Shown here in pieces: positions 50,753 to 64,000 of a DNA stretch of 64,000 bases. Source of the stretch: the human T2T-CHM13v2.0 reference genome, Homo sapiens. The translations under genes and the position numbers were made by a program. The notes beneath the pieces were generated by a model that worked only from the letters and a program-made list of their open reading frames with translations, had not been told where the DNA came from and made no database searches. The stretch lies in NCBI RefSeq assembly GCF_009914755.1, contig NC_060936.1; one strand, given 5' to 3'. Each line of letters begins with the position of its first letter. Position 1 is the stretch's first letter.

Positions 50753-52232
50753 CCATTGTCTCAAACACTTATCATTTATTTCTGTTAGGAACATTAAATG
50801 TCCTTCCAGCTGTTTGAAACTATATAACGTATGAACTCTGGTCATCCTGTAGTGCCATAGACACTCACACCTCCCCCCCACTGACTGGTAATTTTGTTTC
50901 CTTTAACAAATCTTTCCCTCTCCTTTCCCCTCCCCTTCCCACCATCCAGTATGTTCTGTTCTAATTTTTACTTCTTTGAGGTCAACATTTTTTAGCTTCC
51001 CCATGTGAGAACATGTGATATTTGTCTTTCTGTTCCTGGCTTATTTCATTTAACCTAATGTCCTCCAGTTCCATCCATGTTGCCACCAGTGACAGGACTC
51101 ATTGTTTTTCATGGCTGAATAGTATTCTGCGGTGTGTGTGCCACACTTTCTTCATCAGTCATCTGCTGTCGGACACCCAGGTTGGTTCCATATCGTGGCT
51201 GCTGTGAATGGTGCCGCAGTCAACACAGGGTGAGGATGTCTCTCTGATGCACTGACTTCCTTCCCTTTGGATAAACACCTAGAAGTGGTTTCTGGATCGT
51301 GTCTGTCTGCAGTTTCCCGAGTAGCCTCCGTGCTGTTCTCCACAGCAGCTGTGTTCGTTCACCTTCCCACCAACAGGGTGCGGATTCCCTTTTCTCTGCA
51401 TCCCTGCCAGCATTTGTTACTTCTTGTCGTTTTGATAATAGACCAGTTCTGACTGGTATAAGATGGTATCTCCTCATGATTTTGATTTGCAGTTCCCTGA
51501 TGGTTAGTGATGTTGAGCATTTTTTTATAGATCTGTTGACCATTTGCATGTCTTCTTTTGAGAAATATCTGTTCAGATCATTCGCCAATGTTTAAATCAA
51601 ATTGTTGCTGTTTAATCTGGTTTTTTGCTGTTGAGTTGTTTGAGTTTCTTGTATGTTCTGGACATTAGTCCCTTGTCAGATGAGTAGTTGGCAAATATCT
51701 TCTCCCATTTGGTAGGTTGGCTTTTCACTCTCTTGATTGTTTCGCTCACTGTGCAGAAGCTTTTTAGTTTGACACAAACTCCCTCGCTGTGCAGAAGCTT
51801 TTTAGTTTGACATAAACTCCATGTGTTTATTTTTGCTTGTGTTGCCTGTGCTTTTGTGATCTTACTGATAAAATATTTTCCGGGCCAATGTCCTAAGGCA
51901 TTCCCCCTTTGTTTCGTACTTTTGGGTCTTCTACTTATGTTTTTTATCCGTTTTGAGTTGATTTTTGTGTAGGGTGAGAGGTGGGGGTCTAGCTTCATTC
52001 TTCTGCACATGGATATCCAGGTTTTCCAGCACCTTTTATTGAAGAGGCTGTCCTTTCCCCCAATGGGTGCTCTTAGCACCTTTGTTAAAAATCAGTTAGT
52101 GCTAGATAGAGGGATTAATTTCTAGGTTATCTACTCTGTTGCATTGGTCTATGTATCTGTTTTTTTAACGCCAGTACCATGCTGTTTTGGTTACCACAGC
52201 TTTGTCATATATTCTGAGGTCTGGTTATGTGA

Positions 52233-52420
<188 letters not shown>

Positions 52421-52925
52421 ACCAGCTTTGTTCTTTTTGCTGGGAATTGCTTGGGCTATTCTGTGTCCTTTGTGGTTAAGAATGTTAATATTAAGATTAT
52501 TAAGATCTTTTTAATGTTAAGATTTTTTTTTCTATTTCTGTGAATAATGTCATGGGTATTTTGATAGGAATTGCATTGAATCTGTAGACTGCTTTGGGTA
52601 GTATGGCCATTTTAACAATATTAATTCTGACCCATGAGCATGGGATGTCTTTCCATTTGTTTGTATCGTCTTCAATTTCTTTTACATGATTATAGAGACT
52701 GAGAAGTCCCACAGGCTGTCTGCACGCTGGAGAAACAAGGAAGCTGGTATCATGTCTCAGTCCAAGTCTGAAGTCCTCGGAACCGGGGAAGGTAATGGTG
52801 TGACTCTGAGTCCAAGGCTGAAGGCGTGAGAACAAGGGGTGGCGGATGCTGGCCAAGCCCTGGGGGCCAAAGGCCAGGGAACCTGGAGTTCTGGTCTCCA
52901 AGGGCAGGAGAAGAAGGGCATTCCT

Positions 52926-53554
<629 letters not shown>

Positions 53555-56444
53555 CTGTCCACCAACTCAGGCATCACGCAGACACATGCAGTAAGAATGC
53601 TTCACCAGCGTTCGAGGTATCCCTTAACCCAGGCAAGTTGATACCCAAAATTAACCATCACAGCCACTGAGGTTTGGCAGTAGCTTTTCCCTGCAGCGAC
53701 CCCCAGCCTAGGTTGACTCGTACCCTGAAACAGCGAGGGAAGAGCTCCACATCCAGCAGGAGGAGACTGGCTGGATAAATGCGGTGTGTTTAAACAATGG
53801 CTACCCCTCCGGCATTTAAATCATGTTATAAAAAGTATAATGTATACAGAATCTATTACGTTTTTAAAATGTTACAAACTCATGCCCAGTATGTGCTCGG
53901 TTTTGTAAAATCGAGGCGAGTTATGTGGAATGCGTAACCGAAATGTAAAGTGTGATTTTCATGGAGCTACAGCTTTAGAGACAACACTTATTTTCTTTTT
54001 TATGCTTCAGTTTATTTTACAAGTTATCTACAATAAACATCAATTACTGACATAATCAGAAAAAGTTTGCTTTATTTTTCTACATGCGAAAGCACAAAGA
54101 ACAATAAACATGTCACAGATGTGGCACATTTGCGCACAACCCCATTTTTAACACCGAGGACACCCCCGTCTCTCTGCTCTGCCCAGCCAGGTCCAGCGTC
54201 CTTGAGCCAAATCTCTGCAAATGTTCCAGTCAGGACAGATTAAGTTTCACCATAAACCAGCAGCTCATCTTTATTTCTAGGCAATTTATTTAAGAGCCTC
54301 CTAAAATCTACTAACTTCCAGGCCGAAAATCATTTAAAATCAAATGAGTTTCCTCGCCGATAAAACTTGAGATCATCCTTCAGCTTTGGAGATAATAGAA
54401 CTGAGCGGTCATTTCCTCCCCGCGCTGAGGGAGCTGAGTGATGGAGAGGCGGCATAGGTCCTCCGAGGAGGTCCCGTGAGCCCCATGGCTGTTTCCCAAC
54501 GCCAGCGGAAGAGGGAGGTTAGAGGCTCCCTCTGCTGTTATCCTGCGGGTGGAGGAAGCCCTGAGCATCCCCTCCAGCCCCTGAGGCCTGAGTCCTGGGG
54601 GGCCCCCCGCCCCCGCCAGCCCAGCCTGGCGTCAATCCCGCTTATGCATAGCCCAGACCACCCCCTGCCCAGCGAGCTCCCCTGAGGCTCTTCCTCGTGG
54701 CAAAAGAGATTCTCAGAGCCCTCTGCAGAGTGCCAAGTGCGCAGGGAAGTCACAGCTGACCCGTCACCCCAGCCCCAACTGCTCAGTGCCCCAGACCTCT
54801 CACTGCGTGTGGCCCAGGCCCTGCAGAGTCTGCCCCACCCCCTCCAGCCTCCTTTCACACTTCCTCACTGCATCAGTTTGCCTTTGTAGCAATAATGCTT
54901 AGAAACAAATCACCCGGAAACTCTGGTTTCAACCCGAGTATGTATTTAGCTCACAAGCCGCAGGTCAGGGGTCAGGCTGGGCTCAGCAGGTGGCTCTTCT
55001 GTCCTCGCCGGGGTCACTCGGGACTCACTCACTCGTCTAGGGCTGCTTGGCTCTCGGCTGCCATCAGGCAGCTCTGTCCCATCCCTCGAGTGTGTCTCAT
55101 TCTCCACCGGGGAGCCTAGACACCGCTCGGAGAGGGTGACAGGAAGAGCCAGCAGGTGCCTTCCCAGCCTCCGCCCGTGTCCCATCCCACGGCCAGACAC
55201 AGAACAAAGGAACGGGAAAGAGACTCTAGTAGGGTGAGCAGCTGAGTCACATCACGGGGGTGGGAGACAGGTGGGTGAGAGCCAGGGGGACGAAGCAACC
55301 CCTCCCTCAGCGCCTGGGCTGGGACCCAGTGGCCACTACTGACCGAGGCCCGCCCTCCTCACAGCTCAGCGGGCAGCGCCACTGGCCCAGGCGGCCTCAC
55401 CTCCCTCCTCTCCAGCCACACCTGCACCCAGGACAGTCGTCCCCTCCAGAGAAGCCCCCAAGAGCACCGCAGCCTGAGTCACAGCCTTTGACACACTCTG
55501 ACACTTTCCTTCCCACAGCTGTCACAGTTTGGGACAATAAATGATTCCCCAGTGCATCAGCCCAGGATGGAGGCCGCAGGTGGACAGAGACCTTGACCAT
55601 TGCATTCCGCCAGGTTGGACCTCCTGGCCCAGGGTGTGGCATGGCAGGTGCTCAGTGGACCCTGGCCGGCAGAACAAACAGCAGAGGTGCCATGGGGATG
55701 GCCTGGGGGACAGAGCAACCGATGGAATGCAGGCGATTTGCTATACGTGATTTACTCCTCACCTGAGGGGGCCGAGCCGCGGCCCTGGCACTGCTCCCTC
55801 CCTCCCTGGTGGAGGGCCCTGTCCTGAGGGTGAGGCCAACGCCTGCCCTCCCCCCACCCACCCAGCCTGGCCCATAGGGTGCACTCACCTCACCCCATCA
55901 TGAAGGACTCAGGTCCAGGCCCCTGCTCCTATCTCCAGCCCTGCTTGTGAATTCTGCACGGCAAAGAGAGGGCCCTTCCTGACAGCACGGGCTCAGCCTC
56001 CAGGAAAACATGCTTGGGAGAAACTGAGTGATGTGGATGAATCTCGCTAGGCAAATCGACCATGATTATTCACTACAGCACCCCAGAGCAGTGCCCTCTG
56101 GATTCTCATTGTCATTGTGATACGAAAATACATTATTTTTAAAGACTGTTGAGTGAGTCAAACCCCAGCACTCTCATTAATGTTCCCAGGCTCAGAGAAG
56201 CAAACCCTGGAGAGCTTCATCCCCCCAGCTCTGCCTGCCTGAGGCTTAGGAAACGGCCAGGACAGGGGAGAGCCTGGGGGATGCGGATGCTGTGGTTGGC
56301 TCTGTCTGGCAGCGGCAAAGGCTCCAGGACTCTGCACAGAGCCCCAGACCTGGGGCCTCCCCAAGGAGTGAGGGACACCCCTCCGATTTCGAGAAATAAA
56401 ACCTGCAGGGAATTCACACTGTTGTGGGAGACCCAGAGCCCAGC

Positions 56445-56555
56445 GCCCCGGGCAGGGGCCATACCCAGCTGCGTGTAGCTGAAACCTGATGAAATAGCCG
56501 CCCCGGGCAGGATCACACCCGGCTGCGCGTAGCTGAAACCTGATGGAATGGCGGC
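56445..56555. repeat. ~55-bp tandem duplication
   Basis: cgccccgggcagg...gtagctgaaacctgatg occurs twice. Confidence 0.8.
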
Positions 56556-57254
56556 TGAACACCTGCTCCTCAGAGTGTGGCCCCGACCAGCTGTGTCTGC
56601 ATCACTCAAGAGGCCCTCGGGAATGCAGAGCCCCAGGCCCCTCCAGAGCTGCTGAGCCTGAATCTTACCAGCGTCTTGTGTGTTTTGTCACAGTCCCCAG
56701 AGGATCTCTACTCACAGCAAGAAGACCACGGGGAACCCTGCATGGCTCAAGGCCATCACAGCTGAGTTCTCTGCAAGACGATGCCGCTGGTCTCTTCCTC
56801 ATGTTGCAGGACGCAGCCCCAGCCATCAAGGTGCCAACAGGAAGAAAGGGGGACAGGGGGCAGGGAGAGGGAGAGCATCTGAGGAGAAACGTCCCTTTAA
56901 ATCCCCATAGACCAGAATCCGTCCCGTGGCCACATCTAACTGCAAGGGACATTTCCAGCTGGGCACACGGCTGCCCTGAACAGAAGCAAGGTTTGGTAAG
57001 AAGCGAGGTAGAGGGGAGTCGCTGTGTGGCAGGCAAGGTCTGCTACACCAATACGCAAAGGGTGCACATGGTGGTTCCCCACCACCCCACGCCCACAGGA
57101 GTCCCCACCTGAGGCCGGAAGAGGCGACCAGTCTGTGGCAGACACCCGGAGGGAGGAGTCCAGAGCCACCCACATGACACCAGAGCAAAGGGGGTATCTG
57201 GAAAATTACACTCCAAATGCCAAGGTCAAGATCACCTGGACACTACAGGGGGAG

Positions 57255-57945
57255 TGAGGAAAGAGAGATGGAGAGAGACAAAGAGAGAGACCGAGAGAGA
57301 GGGAGACCGAGAGACAGGTAGACAGAGAGAGAGGGAGGGAGACAGAGAGAGAGAGACTGAGAGAGAGGGAGACCGAGAGAGAGGAAGACAGAGAGAGAGG
57401 GAGGGAGACAGAGAGAGAGGAAGGGAGACGGAGAGAGAGGGAGACAGAGAGAGAGGGAGGGAGACAGAGAGAGAGGGAGGGAGACAGAGAGAGAGGAAGG
57501 GAGACAGAGAGAGAGGAAGGGAGACAGAGAGAGAGGAAGGGAGACAGAGAGAGAGAGAGAGAGACAGAGAGAGATACAGAGAGACAGAGAGAGAGGGAGA
57601 GAAGGGGGAGAGAGAAAGAGACAGAGAGGAAGAGAGAGACAGAGAGAGAGGGAGGGAGACAGAGAGAGGGAGGGAGACGAGAGGGAGGGAGACAGAGAGA
57701 GAGGGAGGGAGACAGAGAGAGAGAGAGAGAGACAGAGAGAGAGGGAGAGAGAGAGAGACCGAGAGAGAGGTAGACAGAGAGACAGGTAGACAGAGAGAGA
57801 GGGAGGGAGACAGAGAGGGAGAGAGACAGAGAGAGAGGGAGAGAAGGGGGGAGAGAGAAAGAGACAAAGAGGAAGAGAGAGACAGACAGAGAGAGACAGA
57901 GAGAGAGGGAGAGAGAGAGAGAGACAGAGACAGAGAGAGAGAAAC

Positions 57946-57976
<31 letters not shown>

Positions 57977-58572
57977 CAGAGAGAGAGGGAGACAGGGAGA
58001 GAGAGAGAGAGAGACAGACACAGAGAGAGGGAGAGAAGGGGGGAGAGAGAAAGAGCCAGAGAGGAAGAGAGAGACAGAGAGAGGGGGAGAAAGAGAGAAA
58101 AAAAACAGAGAGACAGAGAGAGACACAGAGACAAAGAGAGAAGGAGACGAGAGAGACAGAGACAAAGAAGAAGGAGACACAGAGAGAGGGACAGAGAGAG
58201 AGGGAGAGAAGGGGGAGAGAGAAAGAGACAGAGAGGAAGAGAGAGACAGAGAGAGGGAGAGATAGGGAGGAAGAGAGAGAGATGGAGGGGGGAGAGATGG
58301 AGAGGGAGAGAGAGAGGGAGACAGAGAGGGACAGAGAGGGGGGGAGAGAGAGGGAGAGAAGGAGACAGAGAGAGAGGGAGAGAGAGAGGGACAGACAGAG
58401 AGACAGAAGGAGAGAGAGACAGAGAGAGGGAGAGATAGGGAGGGAGAGAGAGAGAGACAGAGAGATGGAGAGGGAGAGAGACGGGGGAGAGATGGAGAGG
58501 GAGAGAGAGAGGGACAGAGAGGGGGGAGAGAGAGGGAGAGAGGGGGCAGAGATGGAGACGGGGAGAGACAGA
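57255..58572. repeat. ~1.3-kb (GA)n/(GGGA)/(GACA) polypurine tract
   Basis: Almost T-free purine strand; source of the Ser/Leu and Arg/Glu pseudo-ORFs. Confidence 0.97.
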
Positions 58573-58950
58573 GAACACATGCAAAATACAGGCAGAAGAC
58601 AGAAACACAGGAAACCTAGTTCTAGGACCAAAGGAAGTTTTCTATAATTTTTTCATAGCAAAACAATTTCATAATAACCTCAGTTCAATAAAAATAAGAA
58701 CTTAAAATAATAAAATGAATTCATATGAAGAGAGAGATTACAGATCTTAGGAAACAAATCAAGGACCAAAATAACACCATTAAGGTCCTAATAAAGAACC
58801 TAAAAGTGCTGAGAAATATAATAGCACCATTAAAAATCAATGTTTTAAGAATTCCGTATCCTACTTTTATTTGTAAAACAACCCTTTTCTTATTATAGAG
58901 TAATAGATACGCATTGTAGAATATTAGAAAATATAAGCAAAATGAGAAAA

Positions 58951-59596
<646 letters not shown>

Positions 59597-59744
59597 TTAG
59601 ATCAGTCCGTGGTCCCCTTCGTTCCATTTCACTCTGTTTTGACTCAGTTAACACCCAGACCTGAATTGACCTAAAAATTGTCCCGGGCAGCAGGTCTGTT
59701 GAAAGCAGAAGCCATCGAGAGCCACCCGTGGCCCTGGGCTGTCG

Positions 59745-59990
59745 CGCCCCCGAGCAGAGTCCGGCTTGCTGAGGGGACCCAGGACACCCCCGAGCAGAGT
59801 CCAGCTTGCTGAGGGGACCCAGGACGCCCCCGAGCAGAGTCCGCTTGCTGAGGGGACCCAGGACGCCCCCGAGCAGAGTCCGGCTTGCTGAGGAGACCCA
59901 GGACGCCCCCGAGCAGAGTCCGGAATGCTGAGGGGACCCAGGACGCCCCCGAGCAGAGTTCGGATTGATTGCTGAGGGGACCCAGGACGC
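59745..59990. repeat. 40-bp minisatellite x6 (cgcccccgagcagagtccggcttgctgaggggacccagga)
   Basis: Direct copies visible. Confidence 0.92.
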
Positions 59991-60429
59991 TTGTTGTGCA
60001 GGTGCCTCGATGGTCCGGTTGCTCCGCCTGGTGTTCTTAGCTTGTCCACCTCTGGCATTATCTGGAAACTGCAGGTTACGTTAAAGGCTTTCTGAAATCA
60101 TGTGAAGAGTCTGGCGTGTCCGCTCTCCACAGGTCGCGTTGTGTATGTGGAGTTGCGTCACACCAATGACATCTGGCTGCGCCGCTGTGAGCGACGGTGA
60201 GATCAGCCTGGAAGGGAGGACCACGCTCTGCCTCCTGCATTTCCAGCCGCCTCTCCACGCCCACATCCGGAAGATCATCTTCATGGCGTTGCACGGGCGC
60301 CCTGTGGATGTGTCTCCGCGTCCGTCATTCCCGGAATTGTTTTAATGCTAGTTAATAATTATTGCCTGGAGCCACAGTGTCACCAGCATTTACTAAGTTA
60401 TATTTTTCTAATTCTATTATCATTTCTAT

Positions 60430-60875
60430 ATGTATTATCTGCCACTGAAAATCAAATATTGCCAAAGGAGAAAAGCTTGAAATAAGCAGAGTAAATGTAG
60501 ATGAAAAAGACGACTGAGAGAGAAGCTAATCAATGTAAGGAAAATGGGTTTCCCTGAAGTCAACAGCCAGAAAGTGGAAGATTTAGTGTATCCAAAGACA
60601 AATTTCTCTAAAATAATAATAATAATAAACACATTGGACTACCAGATCTGAAGAGGGTATTGTTTTCCAGAACATGTTGAAAGAAAACACCCAACCCTGA
60701 ATGGATGTTAGTTCAGCCCCTGAACCCTGAAGGTAAAGAAAACTCTTTATGCAACAAAAAGGAAAACATTAACAAGAAAAAATGAGCCACGCTGGCCTCA
60801 GATGTTCCCATCAATCTTTGGAGCCAAAAGACACATGAAAACCGCTGCTGGGTATGGAGGGAACAGCTGCAGGGC
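60430..60875 (+). mobile_element. Ancient L1M(E) ORF1-region relic
   Basis: A-rich; aaggtaaagaaaactctttatgcaac...ctggcctcagatgttccc...gagccaaaagacac resembles the L1 ORF1 C-terminal coding region (KEKIL...RLASDFS...ARRQW). Confidence 0.5.
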
Positions 60876-63800
60876 CACAGAAGACATACCCAGCTAAGGC
60901 TGCACCCGGCACACAGGAGACAGAAAACATACTCAGCTAAGGCAGCACCCAATACACACAAGACAGAACACATACTCAGCTAAGACAGAACCTGGTGCAA
61001 AGAAGACAGAAGAGATACCAGCTAAGGCAGCACCCAATACACAGAAGAAAGAAGACATACTCAGCTGAGGCAGCACCTGCTACACAGAAGACAGAAGAGA
61101 TACTCAGCTAAGGTAGCACCTGGTACACAGAAGACAGAAGACATACTCAGCTAAGGCAGCACCCGATACACAGAAGAAAGAAGACGTACTCAGCTAAGGC
61201 TGCACCGGATACACAGAAGACAGAAGACATACTTAGGTAAGGCTGCACCTGGTACACAGAAGACAGAAGACATACTCAGCTAAGGCAGCACCCGATACAC
61301 AGAAGAAAGAAGACATACTCACCTAAGGCTGCACCTGGGACACAGAAGACAGAAGACATACTCACCTAAGGCTGCACCTGATACACAGAAGACAGAAGAC
61401 ATACTCAGCTAAGGCAGCACCCGATACACAGAAGAAAGAAGACGTACTCAGCTAAGGCAGCACCCAATACACAGAAGACAGAAGACATACTCAGCTGAGG
61501 CAGCACCTGGTGCACAGAAGACAGAAGAGATACTCAGCTAAGGCTGCACCCGATACACAGAAGACAGAAGACATACTCAGCTAAGGCAGCACCTGGTACA
61601 CAGAAGACAGAAGACATACTCAGCTAAGGCAGCACCTGGTACACAGAAGACAGAAGAGATACCAGCTAAGGCTGCACCCGATACACAGAAGACAGAAGAC
61701 ATACTCAGCTAAGGCAGCACCCGGTACACAGAAGAGAGAAGAGATACTCAGCTAAGGCACCACCCGATACACAGAAGACAGAACACATAGTCAGCTAAGG
61801 CAGCACCCGATACACAGAAGACAGAAGACATACTGAGCTAAAGCTGCACCCGATACACAGAAGACAGAAGACATACGCAACTAAGACTGCACCTGGCACA
61901 CAGCAGACAGAAGCCATACTCAGCTAAGGCAGCACCCGGTACAAAGGACACAGAAGACGTACTCAGCTACGGCTGCACCTGGTGTACAGAAGACAGAAGA
62001 CATACTCAGCTAAGGCTGCACCCGGTACACAGGAGACAGAAGACGTACTCAGCTACGGCTGCACCTGGTGCACAGAAGACAGAAGACATACTCAGCTGAG
62101 GCAGCACCCGGTACACAGAAGACAGAAGACATACTCAGCTAAGGCAGCACCCGATACACAGAAGACAGAAGACATACTCAGCTAAGGCAGCACCTGCTAC
62201 ACAGAAGACAGAAGACATACTCAGCTAAGGCAGCACCCGATACACAGAAGACAGAAGACATACTCAGCTAAGGCAGCACCCGATACACAGAAGACAGAAG
62301 ACATACTCAGCTAAGACAGCACCTGGTACACAGCAGACAGAAGACATACTTAGCTAAGGCAGCACCTGGTACACAGAACAAAGAAGACATACTCAGCTAA
62401 GGCAGTACCCGGTACACAGAAGACAGAAGACATACTCAGCTAAGGCAGCACCCGATACACAGAAGACAGAAGACATACTCAGCTAAGGCAGCACCCAGTA
62501 CACAGAAGACAGAAGACATACTCAGCTAAGGCTGCACCCGATACAGAGAAGACAGAAGACATACTCAGCTAAGGCAGCACCCAATATACAGTAGACAGAA
62601 GACATACTCAGCTAAGGCTGCACCCGATACACAGAGGACAGAAGACCTACTCAGCTAAGGCAGCACCCGGTACACAGAAGACAGAAGAGATACTCACCTA
62701 AGGCTGCACCTGATACACAGAAGACAGAAGACATACTCAGCTAAGGCTGCACCCGATACACAGAAGAAAGAAGACGTACTCAGCTAACGCAGCACCCGAT
62801 ACACAGAAGACAGAAGAGATACTCAGCTAAGGCAGCACCCGATACACAGAAGAAAGAAGACGTACTCAGCTAAGGCAGCACCCGATACACAGAAGACAGA
62901 AGACATACTCAGCTGAGGCAGCACCTGGTGCACAGAAGACAGAAGAGATACTCAGCTAAGGCTGCACCCGATACACAGAAGACAGAAGACATACTCAGCT
63001 GAGGCAGCACCTGGTGCACAGAAGACAGAAGAGATACTCAGCTAAGGCTGCACCCGATACACAGAAGACAGAAGACATACTCAGCTAAGCCTGCACCCCA
63101 TACACAGCAGACAGAAGACATACTCAGCTAAGGCAGCACCTGGTACACAGAAGACAGAAGACATACTCAGCTAAGGCAGCACCTGGTACACAGAAGACAG
63201 AAGACATACTCAGCTAAGGCAGCACCTGATACACAGAAGACAGAAGACATACTCAGCTAAGGCAGCACCCGGTACACAGAAGACAGAAGACATACTCAGC
63301 TAAGGCAGCACCTGGTACACATGAGACAGAAGACATACTCAGCTAAGGCTGCATCCGATACGCAGAAGACAGAAGACATACTCAGCTAAGGCAGCACCCG
63401 ATACACAGAAGACAGAAGACATACTCAGCTAAGGCAGCACCCGATACACAGAAGACAGAAGACATACTCAGCTAAGGCAGCACCCGGTACACAGAAGACA
63501 GAAGACATACTTAGCTAAGGCAGCACCTGGTACACATGAGACAGAAGACATACTCAGCTAAGGCAGCACCCGGTACACAGAAGACAGAAGACATACTCAG
63601 CTAAGGCAGCACCTGGTACACATGAGACAGAAGACATACTCAGCTAAGGCAGCACCCGATACACAGAAGACAGAAGACGTACTCAGCTAAGGCAGCACCT
63701 GATACACAGAAGACAGAAGACATACTCAGGCAAGGCAGCACCCGATACACAGAAGACAGAAGACATATTCAGCTGAGGCTGCACCTGATACGCAGAAGAC

Positions 63801-64000
63801 AGAAGACATACTCAGGTAAGGCTGCACCCGATACACAGCAGACAGAAGACATACTCAGCTAAGGCTGCACCCGATACACAGAAGACATACTCAGCTAAGG
63901 CAGCACCTGATACACAGAAGACAGAAGACATACTCAGCTAAGGCAGCACCTGGTACACAGAAGACAGAAGACATACTCAGCTAAGGCTGCACTTGGTACA
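60876..64000. repeat. 43-bp VNTR, >70 copies, running off the window end
   Basis: acacagaagacagaagacatactcagctaaggcagcacccgat; period of 43 (e.g. 62221 and 62264). Confidence 0.98.

Noticed and set aside
57206-58647. Ser/Leu-rich and Arg/Glu-rich ORFs up to 462 aa
   Set aside because: Artefacts of a stop-poor GA tract.
60876-64000. CRISPR-like array (also the 34-, 35- and 40-bp arrays)
   Set aside because: Head-to-tail units without unique spacers, no cas genes, and a primate context.

Overview
GC-rich primate genomic DNA (human or great ape; Alu, L1M, MER57, MLT and MIR content). I recognise it as the 5' end of GALNT9 (polypeptide GalNAc-transferase 9), a subtelomeric 12q24.33 gene in human. 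The only supportable coding sequence is GALNT9 coding exon 1 on the minus strand (ATG at 10353, GT donor after 10116). It lies in a CpG-island promoter, with intron 1 to the left (1-10115) and about 53 kb of non-coding upstream DNA to the right. That upstream DNA is very rich in minisatellites (19, 28, 34, 35, 40, 42/45, 43, 54 and 59 bp units), simple repeats (TG/CATG, CAT/CAC, GA) and nested transposon relics. Nearly all long ORFs in the supplied track are repeat or GC-content artefacts. The best candidates for undescribed biology are: (1) a 169-bp, ~98% identical inverted repeat around a 635-bp spacer; (2) a 19-bp minisatellite forming a phased array of UPRE/XBP1/CREB3-type TGACGTGGC sites about 8 kb upstream of this Golgi enzyme gene; (3) a candidate divergent spliced lncRNA with a UG/UGCAUG-dense intron; (4) uORFs and RE1-like half-sites in the leader; (5) paired perfect DR2 elements; (6) a >3-kb VNTR apparently seeded from an old L1 ORF1. 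There is no CRISPR, rRNA, tRNA or prokaryotic system. Repeat-family names come from recalled consensus sequences, not a search.
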